The translations under genes were made by a program, and so were the position numbers. The notes beneath the pieces are model-generated. The model ran no database searches. It saw nothing but the letters and a program-made list of their open reading frames with translations, and had not been told where the DNA came from. Shown here piece after piece: positions 1-12,369 of a stretch of 64,000 bases of DNA (positions are counted from its first letter, which is position 1; the number at the start of each line of letters is the position of its first letter). The DNA is from Malacoraja senta (Eukaryota), in NCBI GenBank assembly GCA_038087875.1, contig CM075977.1:115506001-115570000 (forward strand). Direction: 5' to 3'.

Positions 1-279
1 TGATTGCAAACTATACTAAAATTGGTTATGTAGCTGATAGCATTACAAAATATTGTAGGCTGCAGAAAGATATCTTCAGTGTTCAATCCTGACCTGACCT
101 TGCACACTTTCCCTTGGGTTTATCTCCAGTTTCTCCAGTTTTCTCGTGCAACCACAATAAGTTAGTTGGTTACTGGAAATCACCTCTTAGTATCGGCAAT
201 TGGCCAAAGAATTAAAGAGAAGTATGAGAGAAATTAAGTTGGGTTACTTTTTATGAAAAAGGGCTTTTGGTTTAAATGA

Positions 280-2050
280 AAAGTATGGCAAGGGAGCTCA
301 GTCCCATGTGCAACCTCGACTATGTGGGATTTCCAGACACTCCTCTGGCCTGGATGACTTCATCCACAGGAATGTTTGAGCATAAGCTGGAGACATTCTG
401 GTGCATCTGAGAAGCTGGGAGTTATATTGATAGCATATTAATACAAGTGGGTCATCACGCAGCTTACAGAAATCCACTCAGAGATGGAATGGTTGGTCAT
501 CGGGCAGATGAAGAAAAGCAGGTAGTCAGGGAAGCCTCAGGGTGCATCAAAGGATCGAACCATTTTTTCTGCAGTTGAAAATGGTCAGATTAAATGTTCC
601 TTTTGGAGAGAACAGCCCATAGCCCAATCCAAGTCCCTTCATTATTGAGAGCTTGGTAGAAGATTAAAGAGCAGAATCTCTAAAGTTGAAATCTCCAGTT
701 GTTTCCACTGCCTAGTGCTAGGAATAGAAAGATAGGCCAGATTAATGCATGAGAGGATGATGCAGAAGGGAGTTCTTTCAATTTTCAGGATCACAGGAAG
801 AAAGCGAATGGCATGTTGGCCTTCACAAGAGGAGTTGAGTATAGGAGCAAAGAGGTTCTCCTGCAGTTGTACAGGGCCCTAGTGAGACCACACCTGGAGT
901 ATTGTGTGCAGTTTGTGTCTCCAAATTTGACGAAGGACATTCTTGCTATTGAGGGATTGCAGCGTAGGTTTACAAGGTTAATTCCCATGATGGCGGGACT
1001 GTCATATGCTGAGAGAATGGAGCAGCTGGGCTTGTATACTCTGGAATTTAGAAGGATGAGAGGAGATCTTATTAAAACATATAAGATTATTTAGGGTTTG
1101 GACACGCTAGAGGCAGGAAACATGTTCCCGATGTTGGGGGAGTCCAGAACCAGGGCCACAATTTAAGAATAAGGGGTAAACCATTAGAACGGAGATGAGG
1201 AAACACTTTTTCAAACAGAGAGTTGTGACTCTGTGGAATTCAGTGCCTCAGAGGGTGGTGGAGGCCGGTTCTCTGGATACTTTCAAGAGAGAGCTAGATA
1301 GGGCTCTTAAAGATAGCGGAGTCAGGGGATATGGGGAGAAGGCAGGAACGGGGTACTGATTGTGGATGACCAGCCATAATCACATTGAATGGTGGTGCTG
1401 GCTCGAAGGGCCGAATGGCCTACTCCTGTACCTATTGTCTATTGTCTATTGTCCATTGTCTATTGACAGGGACAATCTGTGGGGATGGTGAACCTTTGCA
1501 CCTGACCAGAAAGGTCCAGCACTTTTATGGGCCAGGGTTGGAGATTGGGTTAGTGATGGATGTTGTTGCTGGCGTTGATAAGGATGTTTAAAACCAGATT
1601 GACAAAGAGTGGCACTCAGAGTAGATGCACAGTAAAAGGGGAATAACATTCATATAAAAGCTGAGTCTTTTGTGCATCCGTATGGACCTGATGGGTTGAA
1701 TGGTCGCCTTCTGTATCAAAGTAAGTAAACAAGAAAGATGCTAATGGCAAGAGTTGGTGGGAAATAAGTACCAAATGGAAATCAATTTAGATGAGCGTGA
1801 GGTTATGTAAACAAGGCAAATAAATAAATAATCACTGTGAGAATGCAAAGAAGTTTGGCCGTACAGAGTGATCTATGAATGCCTTTTTGCAGATCTCTGA
1901 AGGTAGCTGGCCAGATTACAAAAGTGATTCAGTGGGCACTTGGGATACATGTTTTCGTCAGCTGAGGCGTAGAATCCAAGAGCAAAAAGGTTATGTAGGA
2001 TCAGTGTTTAGACTTGTCCAGGTCTGGTGAAATAGCTGCTAAGTATTCCC
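280..2050 (+). mobile_element. Highly decayed older CR1-type LINE relic (host of the younger CR1 insertion)
   Basis: Degenerate similarity to CR1 ORF1/ORF2 sequence on both sides of the young copy; no intact ORF; boundaries approximate. Confidence 0.45.
798..1465 (+). mobile_element. Young 5'-truncated CR1 LINE (ORF2 C-terminus + 3'UTR)
   Basis: ORF 813-1094 LYRALVRPHLEYCVQF...RFTRLIP...LYTLEFRRMRGDLI is the typical CR1 ORF2 end; (CTATTGT)n tail; flanked by ACAGG at 793-797 and 1466-1470 (candidate TSD). Confidence 0.92.
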
Positions 2051-2806
2051 TTGTCAAAGATGGCATAGATTTTGGTTTAATATAGAGATACATCAAGGAA
2101 ACAGGCCCTTCACCCCATTGATCACCCGTTCACACCAGCACTATGTTATCCAACATTCTCATCCATTCCCTACTCAGGGTCAATTTTGCAACGGCCAAGT
2201 TAACCTTTCTGACTGGTAATTAAGCCATAAAAAGAAAGTAAATGTCTTCAGAGGCGTTGCCAGGAGGATGCTCATTTATGTTGACCAAATTCTTTGGAAG
2301 GTCTTTATGTGAGAATTAGATTCTTCCTTATGAATATATAATGGTTATTTGATCTGGTCGTTTGTGATGTCTAAATATAGGTTGAGATAAAGAGGCATTA
2401 AAACTTTGTGTGGCTGAACTAAGATTTGGGTAGAGAAAGATGAAGAATCCACCCTGTAATAAAGGCTGTATTTTGACCAAGAAAAACATATTTTGATATT
2501 TGAGCCATTTTAAAATATAGTTGCAATGGTCTCTTAAAGGAAATTTCCAATTCATTTTCACTACTATTTCGCACTGTACCATATTTGGTAAAAGCCATGG
2601 GTTGTAGTGACACATTTGTTAAGGATTGTTTCCCAACCACAACTTGGTCAGTTTTACTGGAATCTTCAGTTTTGGAATGATTACAAAATATGAACATTCT
2701 GGTCTCCTTTATTTCTTAATCTTATTAGACGAATCTTGAGGACTGGAGCCAACTGTTTCAACTGGACTAATTTTTTCAAACTAAGTCAAGTATGTATAAT
2801 GAAGGT

Positions 2807-2892
2807 ACACAAAAATGCTGGAGAAACTCAGCGGGTGCAGCAGCATCTATGGAGCGAAGGAAATAGGTAACGTTTCGGGCCGAAACCCTTCT
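2807..2892 (-). mobile_element. Short Penelope-like terminal fragment
   Basis: Same sequence family as 13534-13670; flanked by 10-bp direct repeat TAATGAAGGT (2797-2806, 2893-2902). Confidence 0.8.
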
Positions 2893-3420
2893 TAATGAAG
2901 GTGTTTTTAAAGTCTCATTGAAGACATAATTTTAAAATAATAGTTGCAAATTGAAAAGGACTCAAGAGAAATTTTAGCAGAAATATTTTAGTTTGAGTCA
3001 GAAGATTACATTTGTGTCTCATTCCAGAGAGTTAAGCATAAAACTTGATCTAACATTTCAGTTTCATACTGAAACACTGTCAAGGGTGCCAAATTTTCCA
3101 TGTGATTGACCTCTCGGGTAGATGTAAAAGGTCCTATAGTATTATTCCATAAAAGAACAAGAGATTTATCCTCATTCCCCAAACAATCTCTCCTCAGCCA
3201 ACATCTCTACCCACTTTCGATGGTGGTGTTGACCTTTCTCCATGCTAATTACATATATATTGTTGCCAATGTTCAATAGTAACCACGGTCCAATGTTGAA
3301 ATGCAACAGAAATTCCACCCATGTTTCAGATCTTTGCACAATTACAAATATTTCAAAAATATTCTGCATTTACATGTTTTTTGCCTTTCCCTTCAGCAGA
3401 ACTAATTCACCTTATCTCTT

Positions 3421-3641
3421 ATGTGGAGGAAGGAACTGCAGATGCTGGTTTAAATCGAAGATAGACACAAAAAGCTGGAGTAAGGACCGGCAATGGGACA
3501 GCGGGACAGGCAGCATCTCTGGAGATAAGGAATAGGTGATGTTATGTGTCGAAGAAGGGTCTCGACCCGAAACTTCACCCATTCCATCTCTCCAGAGATG
3601 CTGCCTGTCCTGCTGAGTTACTCCAGCTTTTTGTGTCTATC
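3421..3641. mobile_element. Penelope-like terminal-repeat insertion made of two inverted fragments
   Basis: Left arm (ACACAAAAAGCTGGAGTAA...GGCAGCATCTCTGGAGA) is the reverse complement of the right arm; 15-bp TSD TTCACCTTATCTCTT at 3406-3420 and 3642-3656. Confidence 0.85.
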
Positions 3642-4149
3642 TTCACCTTATCTCTTGTCTTCTTCTTCGTTCTCCCCCTTGATATTTTGTGTCATCTGGC
3701 ATTTTAATAAAACATTTTTCTTCTTCTCAGATACCTCTTAACAATCTTTGAAAACTAGCATTCTGCTGGATCTTTTCACACATTCACTAAGCTCTGATCC
3801 CATTAGTCACCCATTACCATGTTTTTGACAGCCCTCCTCACCACCAATGAAACAGTCCTCGCGCGCGGGAGGCCTGAGCTTCATTCACAAATTACTAAAA
3901 TTTAATAAAATTCAAACTAATTTCAACATTTTTGCCTTTGCACCCACTTCTTTTACCAAGGCTTTATTCTTTACTTATGCCTTTAGAATTCATATCTGAT
4001 CTGGACTCTTCCTACTAGCTTCTTATACTCTCCAGATCTATTCCATGAATTGAATTGCCAACATAACATTATATTTTGCTACTGCACTTGATTACCTAAC
4101 TTTCCTCCTTTGATTTTGCTCAGGTACAACTCGAATTATATCTTTCAAC

Positions 4150-5203
4150 CAAATGATGAGAGCCAGTCTGTAACAGTTTGGTGAAAATGTTCATCCTACA
4201 GAGTTGGAACAGCAGCCCTCTGTAGCTGCTTCCCAATGGCCAACAACATCATTACCATTCCTCTGTAGTTATTACTCTCCCAAACCTCCACAGCTTGTCT
4301 GTTCTTGCTCCTTCAAAATGATTTTTCTCCATTTGATTAATTGCTAATTTCTTCCAATCCAATGACACTTGACCAATCCACCATCTTAATGGTTTCCTGA
4401 TCCCCATCATGTAATTTACCTCATAGATCATCTCGTACAAATGTTCCACTTCTTCCCCCACAAGGATTGCCTGAGGACCATTTTGCTTCCCCTCGACCAT
4501 GACTGAAGCATTCCTCTACCACTGCCCTTTTCCGCCTGGCTGAACTTGTTCTCTCATTGACCAATTCCTTTCACTCTGCTCACTTCTTCCAGATAAAAGG
4601 TGTTGCTATGGGAACACAGATGGGTCCTGGCTATGCCTACCTCTTTGTGGTGTACATTGACGATTCTTTGTTCCACTCTTACACAGATCTTCTCAATCGC
4701 CTTTTTTCCAGGATGTAGATTAATGTGTCAGTTTCCGTTCCTCCCTTATCCTGAGCTGGATATTTTCATTAACTTTGGTATTAGTTTGCACCCAAACTTC
4801 ACCTATGTATTGTACAGGAAGGAACTGCAGATGCTGGTTTAAACCGAGATAGACGCAAAATGCTGGAGTAACTCAGCAGGATTGTCTATCTCCAAATCTT
4901 TCTTACCTTTCCTCAGTTTCCCTAACTCCATTTCCAGGGATAAACCAGCCACCTTTACTGTGGGATCTCTGCCCCACTATCAATTTTCTTGGTCATTGGT
5001 GCATCTCTTCTAACAAGCCCACTTTTTAAATATTCATATTTTCTGCTCTCTTCTATTTTCTTCAATCAAGGATTTCCCTACAGAGAGGGTTTAAAGTTAC
5101 CCAAGGATTGCCGTACAGAGAGGGTTCAAAGTTACCCTCTCTGCTCTCTTTCTTTTCCAGAACACCCCGAAAAAGATTCCCTTGCTCCTATCTTTGAACT
5201 CAC
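4150..5203 (+). mobile_element. Old Penelope-like reverse-transcriptase relic
   Basis: Around 4590-4650 reads QIKGVAMGTQMGPGYAYLFV, the PLE RT motif; otherwise frameshifted; interrupted by a small terminal fragment at about 4809-4880. Confidence 0.7.
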
Positions 5204-5220
5204 CAACCTTCCCATTCAAT

Positions 5221-5992
5221 ATATACACAAAAAGCTGGAGTAACTCAGCAGGACAGGCAGCATCTCTGGTGAGTAGGAATGGTTCTTCAGACTGGTTAGG
5301 GATAAGGGAAACGAGAGATATAGACGGTGATGTGGAGAGATAAAGAACAATGAATGAAAGATATGCAAAAAAGTAATGATGATAAAGGAAACAGGCCATT
5401 GTAAGTTGTTTGTCGGGTGAAAATGAGAAGCTAGTGTGACTTGAGTGGGGAGGGATGAGAGAGAGAAAGAATGCCAGGGCTACCTGAAGTGAGAGAAATC
5501 AATAATCATACCACTGGGCTGTAAGCTGCCCAAGCGGAACATGAGATGCTGTTCCTCCAATTTGAGTTTAGCCTCACTCTGACAATGGAGGAGACATTGG
5601 ACAGAAATATCTGTGGAGGAATGGGAAGGAGAATAAAAGTGTCCAGCAACCAGGAGATCAGGTAGGTTGAGGCTGGCTGAGCGAAGGTGTTTCGCGGAAC
5701 ATTCCCTCTCTCTCTATCCCTCCCCCATCCAAGTCGCACAAACAGCTAACAATGGTCTGTTTCCTTTATCATCGTCACTTTTTGTATATCTTTTATTCAT
5801 TGTTCTTTATCTCTCCACATCACCATCTATATCTCTCGTTTCCCTTATCCCTAACCAGTCTGAAGAAAGGTCTCGACCCGAACTGTCACCCATTCCATCT
5901 CTCCAGAAATGCTGCCTGTCCCGCTGAATTACTCCAGCTTTTTGTGTCCATCTTCGGTTTAAACCAGCATCTGCAGTTCCTTCTTACACATA
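5221..5992. mobile_element. Penelope-like element with inverted partial duplication
   Basis: 5225-5700 (minus strand, includes GIY-YIG-domain tail sequence) followed by an inverted copy 5705-5990; 17-bp TSD CAACCTTCCCATTCAAT at 5204-5220 and 5993-6009. Confidence 0.88.
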
Positions 5993-6029
5993 CAACCTTC
6001 CCATTCAATTGACCATCCCCATTATATCC

Positions 6030-6322
6030 AGGAATTCCAAGATGGCACCCAACACAGGCGACTATTTGCGTGCTAGCCACAGAAGCAGAGCTACAAACTC
6101 ATAATACAATCACTCCACACTCTTAAATCTCTATCCCTACAGCAACATTTCTTACTTTACTGGCTTTATCCTGCACTAAACGTTATTCCCTTATCATGTA
6201 TCCATACACTGTAAATGGGTCGATTGTAATCATGTATTGTCTTTGTACTGACTAGTTAGCACACAACAAACGTTTTTTACTGTACCTCAGTACACGTGAC
6301 AATAAGCTAAACTGAAGCTGAA
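6030..6322 (+). mobile_element. Short non-autonomous retroelement / LINE 3'-end fragment
   Basis: 3' part (TTGTAATCATGTA...ACACGTGACAATAA + simple tail) recurs at 30840-31017. Confidence 0.6.
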
Positions 6323-6726
6323 ACAGTGTGATGCCTTCACTTTTCCGCTATTGTGTAGGCAAGTGGTAGAATCTGGAAAAAGTTGAAGGAAACATTGGAG
6401 ACAAAAAAATGGGATTAGCATAAATGGGTCCTTAAAGTTTGGAGTCGACTCATTGGCTAAAAGATTCCCTGCCACTTGCTACTATGGCTATGGCACCCTT
6501 GAACTGTTACCATTAAACACATTATATAAATGAAGTTCTTGTACTTTGAAACAGCACAGCATGAAAAGATAGAATATAGAAAAAATGAGCTGCAGCTTTA
6601 CACGAAAGAACACAGTGCTGGAGTAACTTTACTCTAAATGTTAGAAGGATGAAAAGCAAGGAAAGAGTTGAAGATTGCCATGTAGAGGTAGGGGTAGGTT
6701 CATTAATTTAGCTCATTATGTTAGAA

Positions 6727-8424
6727 TCTATCTATTTATTATTTATTACATAACTAAAACTCTGATCTTGTTATCTTCTGGTTTGTGTGGTTTTTCTGTT
6801 TGCGCAAAAACGGCTTAAAATATTTGACAGTGTAATCCAGCCTATTGCGCTTTATGGTAATAAAGTATGGGAGCCGCTCAGTCACCATAGTTATAGTAAA
6901 TGGGAAAAACATACAACGGAGGCCCTGCATGCGGAATTTTGTCGGAACATCCTCCGCATCCAAAGGAAAACACCAACAAACGCATGTAGGGCGGAATTAG
7001 GCAGATACCCACTGATAATAAATATCCAGAAAAGAGCACTAGATTTTTGGAATCACCTTAAATCTAGCCCACCAGATACCCTCCAGTTTAAAGCCCTTAA
7101 ACACAAGAGGGGAGCCCAGAAAAGAGTTCCATTTGTCAGTTGGTACTGAGACTAACTACCCCCATTCAGTTAAACCCTATCCAGTTAAATCCTGACCAGC
7201 CTCAGATCAATACTGATCCCCAATCACCACTTAGAGTGAACCAAATTATCAAACAATGTAAAGAAACGTATTTGGAACATTGGGATAAAGAAACCAAAAG
7301 CCAAAGCAGATTAGAATGTTACTGTGCCCTAAAAAGAGATTATAAATTGGCAGACTATCTCTCAACTGTTAGAGACATAAAACAGAGACAGACCCTCACC
7401 AAATACAGGCTAAGTGACCACTATTTGGCAGTTGAAAAAGGAAGACAGAAGAGATTCTGGCAACCAAGAGAAAACAGAATATGCGGCCACTGTTTGACAG
7501 ATGAGGTTGAAACAGAGGTGCACTTCCTCCTAAAATGCAAAAAAATTGACAAAACAAGGAAAACATACTTTGACAAACTCAGTCAGGCAACCCCTGATTT
7601 TAAAGAACTAGATGATACATCAAAACTAAGAATAATCCTTGGTGAAGGAAATACGGCACATCTTGGTGCACAATACGTAACAGCATGCCATAACCTGAGA
7701 GACGGTGAATGACCAATATGCACATATGTACGCACACACTAATTGACATTAACTGACACTAAGAAATTAATATTGAATTGTTAAATTTGCTATCCTGTTG
7801 TACTGCTTACAGCTGCAAGAACGTGTAGCAATCAATAAAGGGCTATAGGCCTCTTGCGAGTTTATGTACAGGGACATATCTATCTATGCACTGTATACTT
7901 GTATTTATACTTATGCATTTTAAATATGTATGTCATGTTTTATACTTTGGCAATATAACAATGTATTTTTTATCATGCCAATAAAGTTTTTAGATTGAAA
8001 TTGAATTGAATTGAATTGAGAGAGAGGAGGGAGCGCTGGGGGATGAGGGAGAATGGAAGAGGGTAGGTGTAGGAAGAGGGATGGTGAAGTAATGGAGGAG
8101 TGGAGGGGGAAGAGGGGTGAGGGGAGTGAGGGGAGGAAGCAGAAGAGGGTTGGTGGAGGGAAGAAAATGGAGGAGGGGAATAGGGGACTGAAGAGGGAGA
8201 GTGAGATGCATTCGCATTGATCTTATATTTTACAAGTTATTGACATTTTAAACTTTAAAAAAGTCAGCCGCTCCTGCGCAGTTAGGGGCTATGGGTAAGT
8301 GGTGGAATATTGCGTTGAGGGAACGGGTTGCGTTGGGGTAACGTGTGAGTGGTGGAATATTGCGTTGGGGAACGGGTTGCATTGGGGGACTAGGCCTCCT
8401 GTGTGACGGACCCACTTAGTCTAG
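6727..8424 (+). mobile_element. Non-autonomous Helitron-like element containing a LINE fragment
   Basis: A|TCTAT... 5' end with ATAACTAAAAC..TGATCTTG...TTTGCGCAAAAACGG shared with 34697-34770; 3' end GTCTAG|T; inserted between A and T without TSD. Confidence 0.72.
6812..8018 (+). mobile_element. 5'-truncated non-LTR retrotransposon (RTE-X-like) ORF2 C-terminus + 3'UTR
   Basis: ORFs 6787-7149 and 7140-7712 join through one frameshift near 7100; motifs PIALYGxxVW, ACRAELGRYPL, YRLSDHxLAVEKGR and CCHC knuckle RICGHC...EVETEVHFLLKC; AATAAA then (TTGAA)n tail. Clade assignment is from memory of the family. Confidence 0.8.
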
Positions 8425-10377
8425 TTAAAAATAATACTGCAGATGCTGAAAATCAAAAGTAGAAATAGAAAATCTAACAAAGCACCACAGATCAGGAAGC
8501 ATGGGCAGAACTACAGGACAAAATTTTGCAACAAGGAATCATCGGTCTAAATGTTAAATCTTCACTTTGTGCCTGACCTGCTACGGAGTACCAGTATTTT
8601 CTCTTTTCATTTGAGGATAAACTGATGAAACCATGATCCAATGTACTGCTTCCCCTTGGGTAATATATATTAATTTAATCTTAATGTTATAAAAATCTGT
8701 CTCCATAGATGGATTTAACTGATTGCTGGACATTTTCAGATATTTACACAAAAACTGGTCACCACATTTTTTAAGTATCATGGATTTTTTTACTTTTTTT
8801 CCATTTGGAGTTAAAATAAACTTTGTTTTATCCTCAACAAGTTTTTTTGCTATAATCATTAAGAACATTTATATTTATCATTGAGATCTTCAAATTTTCC
8901 AACCAAAAATGATAAATACCAGTGTGTAAGAAATTAAATTGAATCGGTTAAAATATTCATTGATAATTTGTGTGATACAAACTGGGAGCTGCAAAACTGA
9001 GATGCTACTGTGCTATCAACAACAGGAGAGTGCAATTACAACGTGATAAGTTTACATAGCCAGTTTTCATTATAAATGATAATATAGGGATTTATCATAG
9101 AACACACTAACTGAAGGGTAGACAAACAATGTTCACGTATGGATCATATTTAGCATTACTGGAATAAGTCGCATATTTCCAGGCTTGACCTTGGAAGTCA
9201 AGTAACATGCTAGAATTAAATTGTAGTAGGAAGATTTGGTTTAGATGCTATGAAGTTCAAAATAATCTTCTTGCTGTTAAGAACTATTCATTATAGAAAG
9301 AGTACAATTTACCTTTCACAGTGTGTTGAAATTTTCAGATTAAAACAACAGAACAAAAAAACCCCACAGAATACACAGAGATGTCACCATTTTTGCAATT
9401 AGCCATTCAACCTGGGCAAGAAAGTTCATGTCAGTTTGCAATGCTGTCGGTGTCCTCATTGCATGGATGATCTTGAAAAGAACGACATTTATGTGAATTT
9501 GAGCATTCATCTTTCACATCATTTACGGGACTGTGAGAAATTCCAGCCATCAGTTGGTACTCTGAATGAAGAAGAAAAACAAAAAGAGAAGCGGTCCTTA
9601 AACACAGTGCAAAATAAATCCAGAGTGGTTTATTGACAAAAAGAAAGCAGTTGCAGACATATCAGAACTTCACCTCAATTCAATCTATTACAGCCATAAA
9701 TGGGGCAGCAGACAGAAAGAGGAGAAGCCTACCTGATCCCAGGCTTACTTAACTTCTCTTGCAGCCAATGCACTCCTCCAAGACTCTTCTGACTTAAGGT
9801 CACAAAATACTTCAGAGGTAAGATGATCAACAGAGATAACAGTTGATTTGGATTTTCTCTGCCTGCAATTAAAATTGTGGCGCATAAACATGATTTCTGA
9901 GAATATTACCAGCACAACAGGGGTGACATTGGGAACTTGGGAAGTTGTTTTTCCAGAAACTGTCCTCAATTGCCACATTTACTAAATTATTAAAAGTGTC
10001 TAAAATGTGTGCCCGGCCCCCAGCAGAACTTAGAACAAGACAGCAGCTGGACAATTATGTCAAGATCAGACCATCTCTGGTCTCCAGTAATGGCCATGGC
10101 AGAGTTAGCAATGTCGACAGTAAATTTAATTTATAAGGGTAGAAAGCCAGGCCACTGCCTGCCAATTGCCTGCTACAATCAACTTGTACATGTCCACCAG
10201 CAATAGGATATTTACCCAAGTATCTTATATCGATCCCAGCTCTTTTAGATCCCTGTGTCGGCCATCTCAGTTCAGAAATTGTAAAAAGCAATATCCACTT
10301 TTGGGAACTGCAGGTCATTGCCTGGACACGATGACACTGATGGAGCCCACATATTTATTTTGAGGTTCATGTTATTC

Positions 10378-11050
10378 TCATAATCATCATCATACTTAAT
10401 TAGCCAAGTATGTTTTGCAACACACGAAGAATTTGATTTGCCATACAGTCATACCAATAAAAAGCGACAGAACACACAAAATATATTTTAACATAAACAT
10501 CCACCACAGTGACTCCTCCACATTCCTCACTGTGATGGAAGGCGAAAAAAAGTTCAACCGCTCCCTTCTTTGGCCTCTAGTGGGCGGGGGCCTCTAAATT
10601 TCCATTGACGGGACGATCTTACTCCCGTAACCGGCGGCGGGCCCCCCTCATCGGGGCGATCAACCTCCTGCATCGGGGGGGGGGGGGGAATCTCAGCTCC
10701 CCGCGCCGGGCGATCTACCTCGGGTTGGGGCTAGTCGAACGTCGTGAGGCTTTTGGAGCTTCCTCAACCCAAGTTTGCAGGCCACGGTTGGAGCGTCGAT
10801 CCCAGGCAAGGAATCGGCTCCAATGGTAAGTCCACGCCCAAAGTCAGTCCCAAGCAAGGCCTCCAGCTCCACGATGTTAGGCCGCAGAGCGACCGGAGAT
10901 ACGATACGGAAAACAATCACATCTCCGACAATGTAGGAGATTGAAAAAAAGTTTCCCCGGCCCCCCCCCCCCCGCCCCCACATAAAACTAACCAGAGAAC
11001 ATTAACACATACTTTTTAAACACACTAAAAATAACAAAAAAAAGACAAAT
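10378..11050 (-). mobile_element. CpG-rich non-autonomous retroelement with a Rex1/Babar-like 3' end
   Basis: Minus strand ends ...CAAATCAAATTCTTCGTGTGTTGCAAAACATACTTGGCTAATTAAGT followed by an (ATG)n tail; GC/CpG-rich body contrasts with AT-rich flanks; no credible ORF. Confidence 0.55.
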
Positions 11051-11075
11051 AGAAGGACTTCTATTATCCAAGGTC

Positions 11076-11330
11076 AAAACACAAAGTGCTAAAGTAACTC
11101 AGGGGATCAAACAGCACCTGTAGAGGGAATGGACAGGCAACATATCGGGTCGGGGCCCTTCTTCAGGCTCTTACCCAAGGTCTTTACTGGGCCATGGGAA
11201 TATAAACTTTGGCAGAAAGGAATTACCAACTTGTCTGAAAAAGAGTCCCAACCCAAAGCGTTGCCAATCCATTTTCTCCAGAGATGCTGCCTGACCTGCT
11301 GAGTTACTCCAGTAATTTGCGTTTTTTCTT
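11076..11330. mobile_element. Degenerate inverted pair of Penelope-like terminal fragments
   Basis: Diverged copies of the same terminal motif in opposite orientation. Confidence 0.65.
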
Positions 11331-12369
11331 AGCTTGGTGACATTTGCACTCTGAGACATGGGCAAAGAATCCAGGAAAGGCTGAAGAATTCCTGTAGTTG
11401 GTGAATTGCCTCCCAACCAATCTTCCATTGTGATCTGCAATCCCCCAATGTGCTTACAGTAATTATCCATCAGATATTTGAAACGGTAACACTCTATCTT
11501 TCTAGAATGCTCTTTAAGCAGGCTGTGTGAGAAACAGGGGTCTTGATCACAATAATGAGAAACATCCCATTATTGGATTAGACAAACAGGTTGACCAAGG
11601 CCAAAACTACATGGTACATCTTAGCTGCCTGATATGTTCCCCACTAGGGTACAATCTTCCTGTATATATCAAGGACAAAGTACATTTTGTACTAATAGTC
11701 ATGTTTTTCGAAAGAGAATAACTTTATTCCTGATCAAATGAGGACGTGTTTTTTTTTAATATAGACGTTGTCCCAATCTTGCTGCATTTTTGTAAATATC
11801 ATGTATTCTTTCCATAAAATGTGGATCCAGAAATTAAAATATGTTATTTTTTTCCTGAAAACATATTACTATAAAAATAATTGTCAATGCAGCTATTTTA
11901 TTGTTTAATTTAATTAACTGTAAAGATTTAATAGACTAAATTACCAGAGCATCTTTACTCTAATTAATTTAAGTATTTAATTTTAAGATTATATCAAATT
12001 CTTTGTGGATTTGAAATAACAAAATTCAAAACTGTTTGTTTATTATTTGAAAAGTCAAACTATTCTTATCCAGAAAAGTAAGTTAGCATTGATTTTCTTT
12101 GCAATTTATGAACATTGGATATGAAATTGGTTGACAACAATGAAAAGGAACATCAGAAGTTGTATAAAAATTGAGTTCATTTACTTTGAGCCTGTTTTGC
12201 TCTGGTGGCATTGACAGATTTTACTCTCTTTGCTGTTTAATCCCCTTCCATGTGTGCATCTGAAATCTATTCATTAACAAATCTCCTTAGTTGAGTTTCA
12301 GTCATGGAGTTTATCTTGCTCACTCTAAGAAAGTTTAACCTACTCAACATTAAACTTAAATTAGAAATG

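Noticed and set aside
8290-8390. Direct repeats with short spacers (CRISPR-like)
   Set aside because: Two tandem copies inside a Helitron in eukaryotic DNA; no unique spacers or cas genes.
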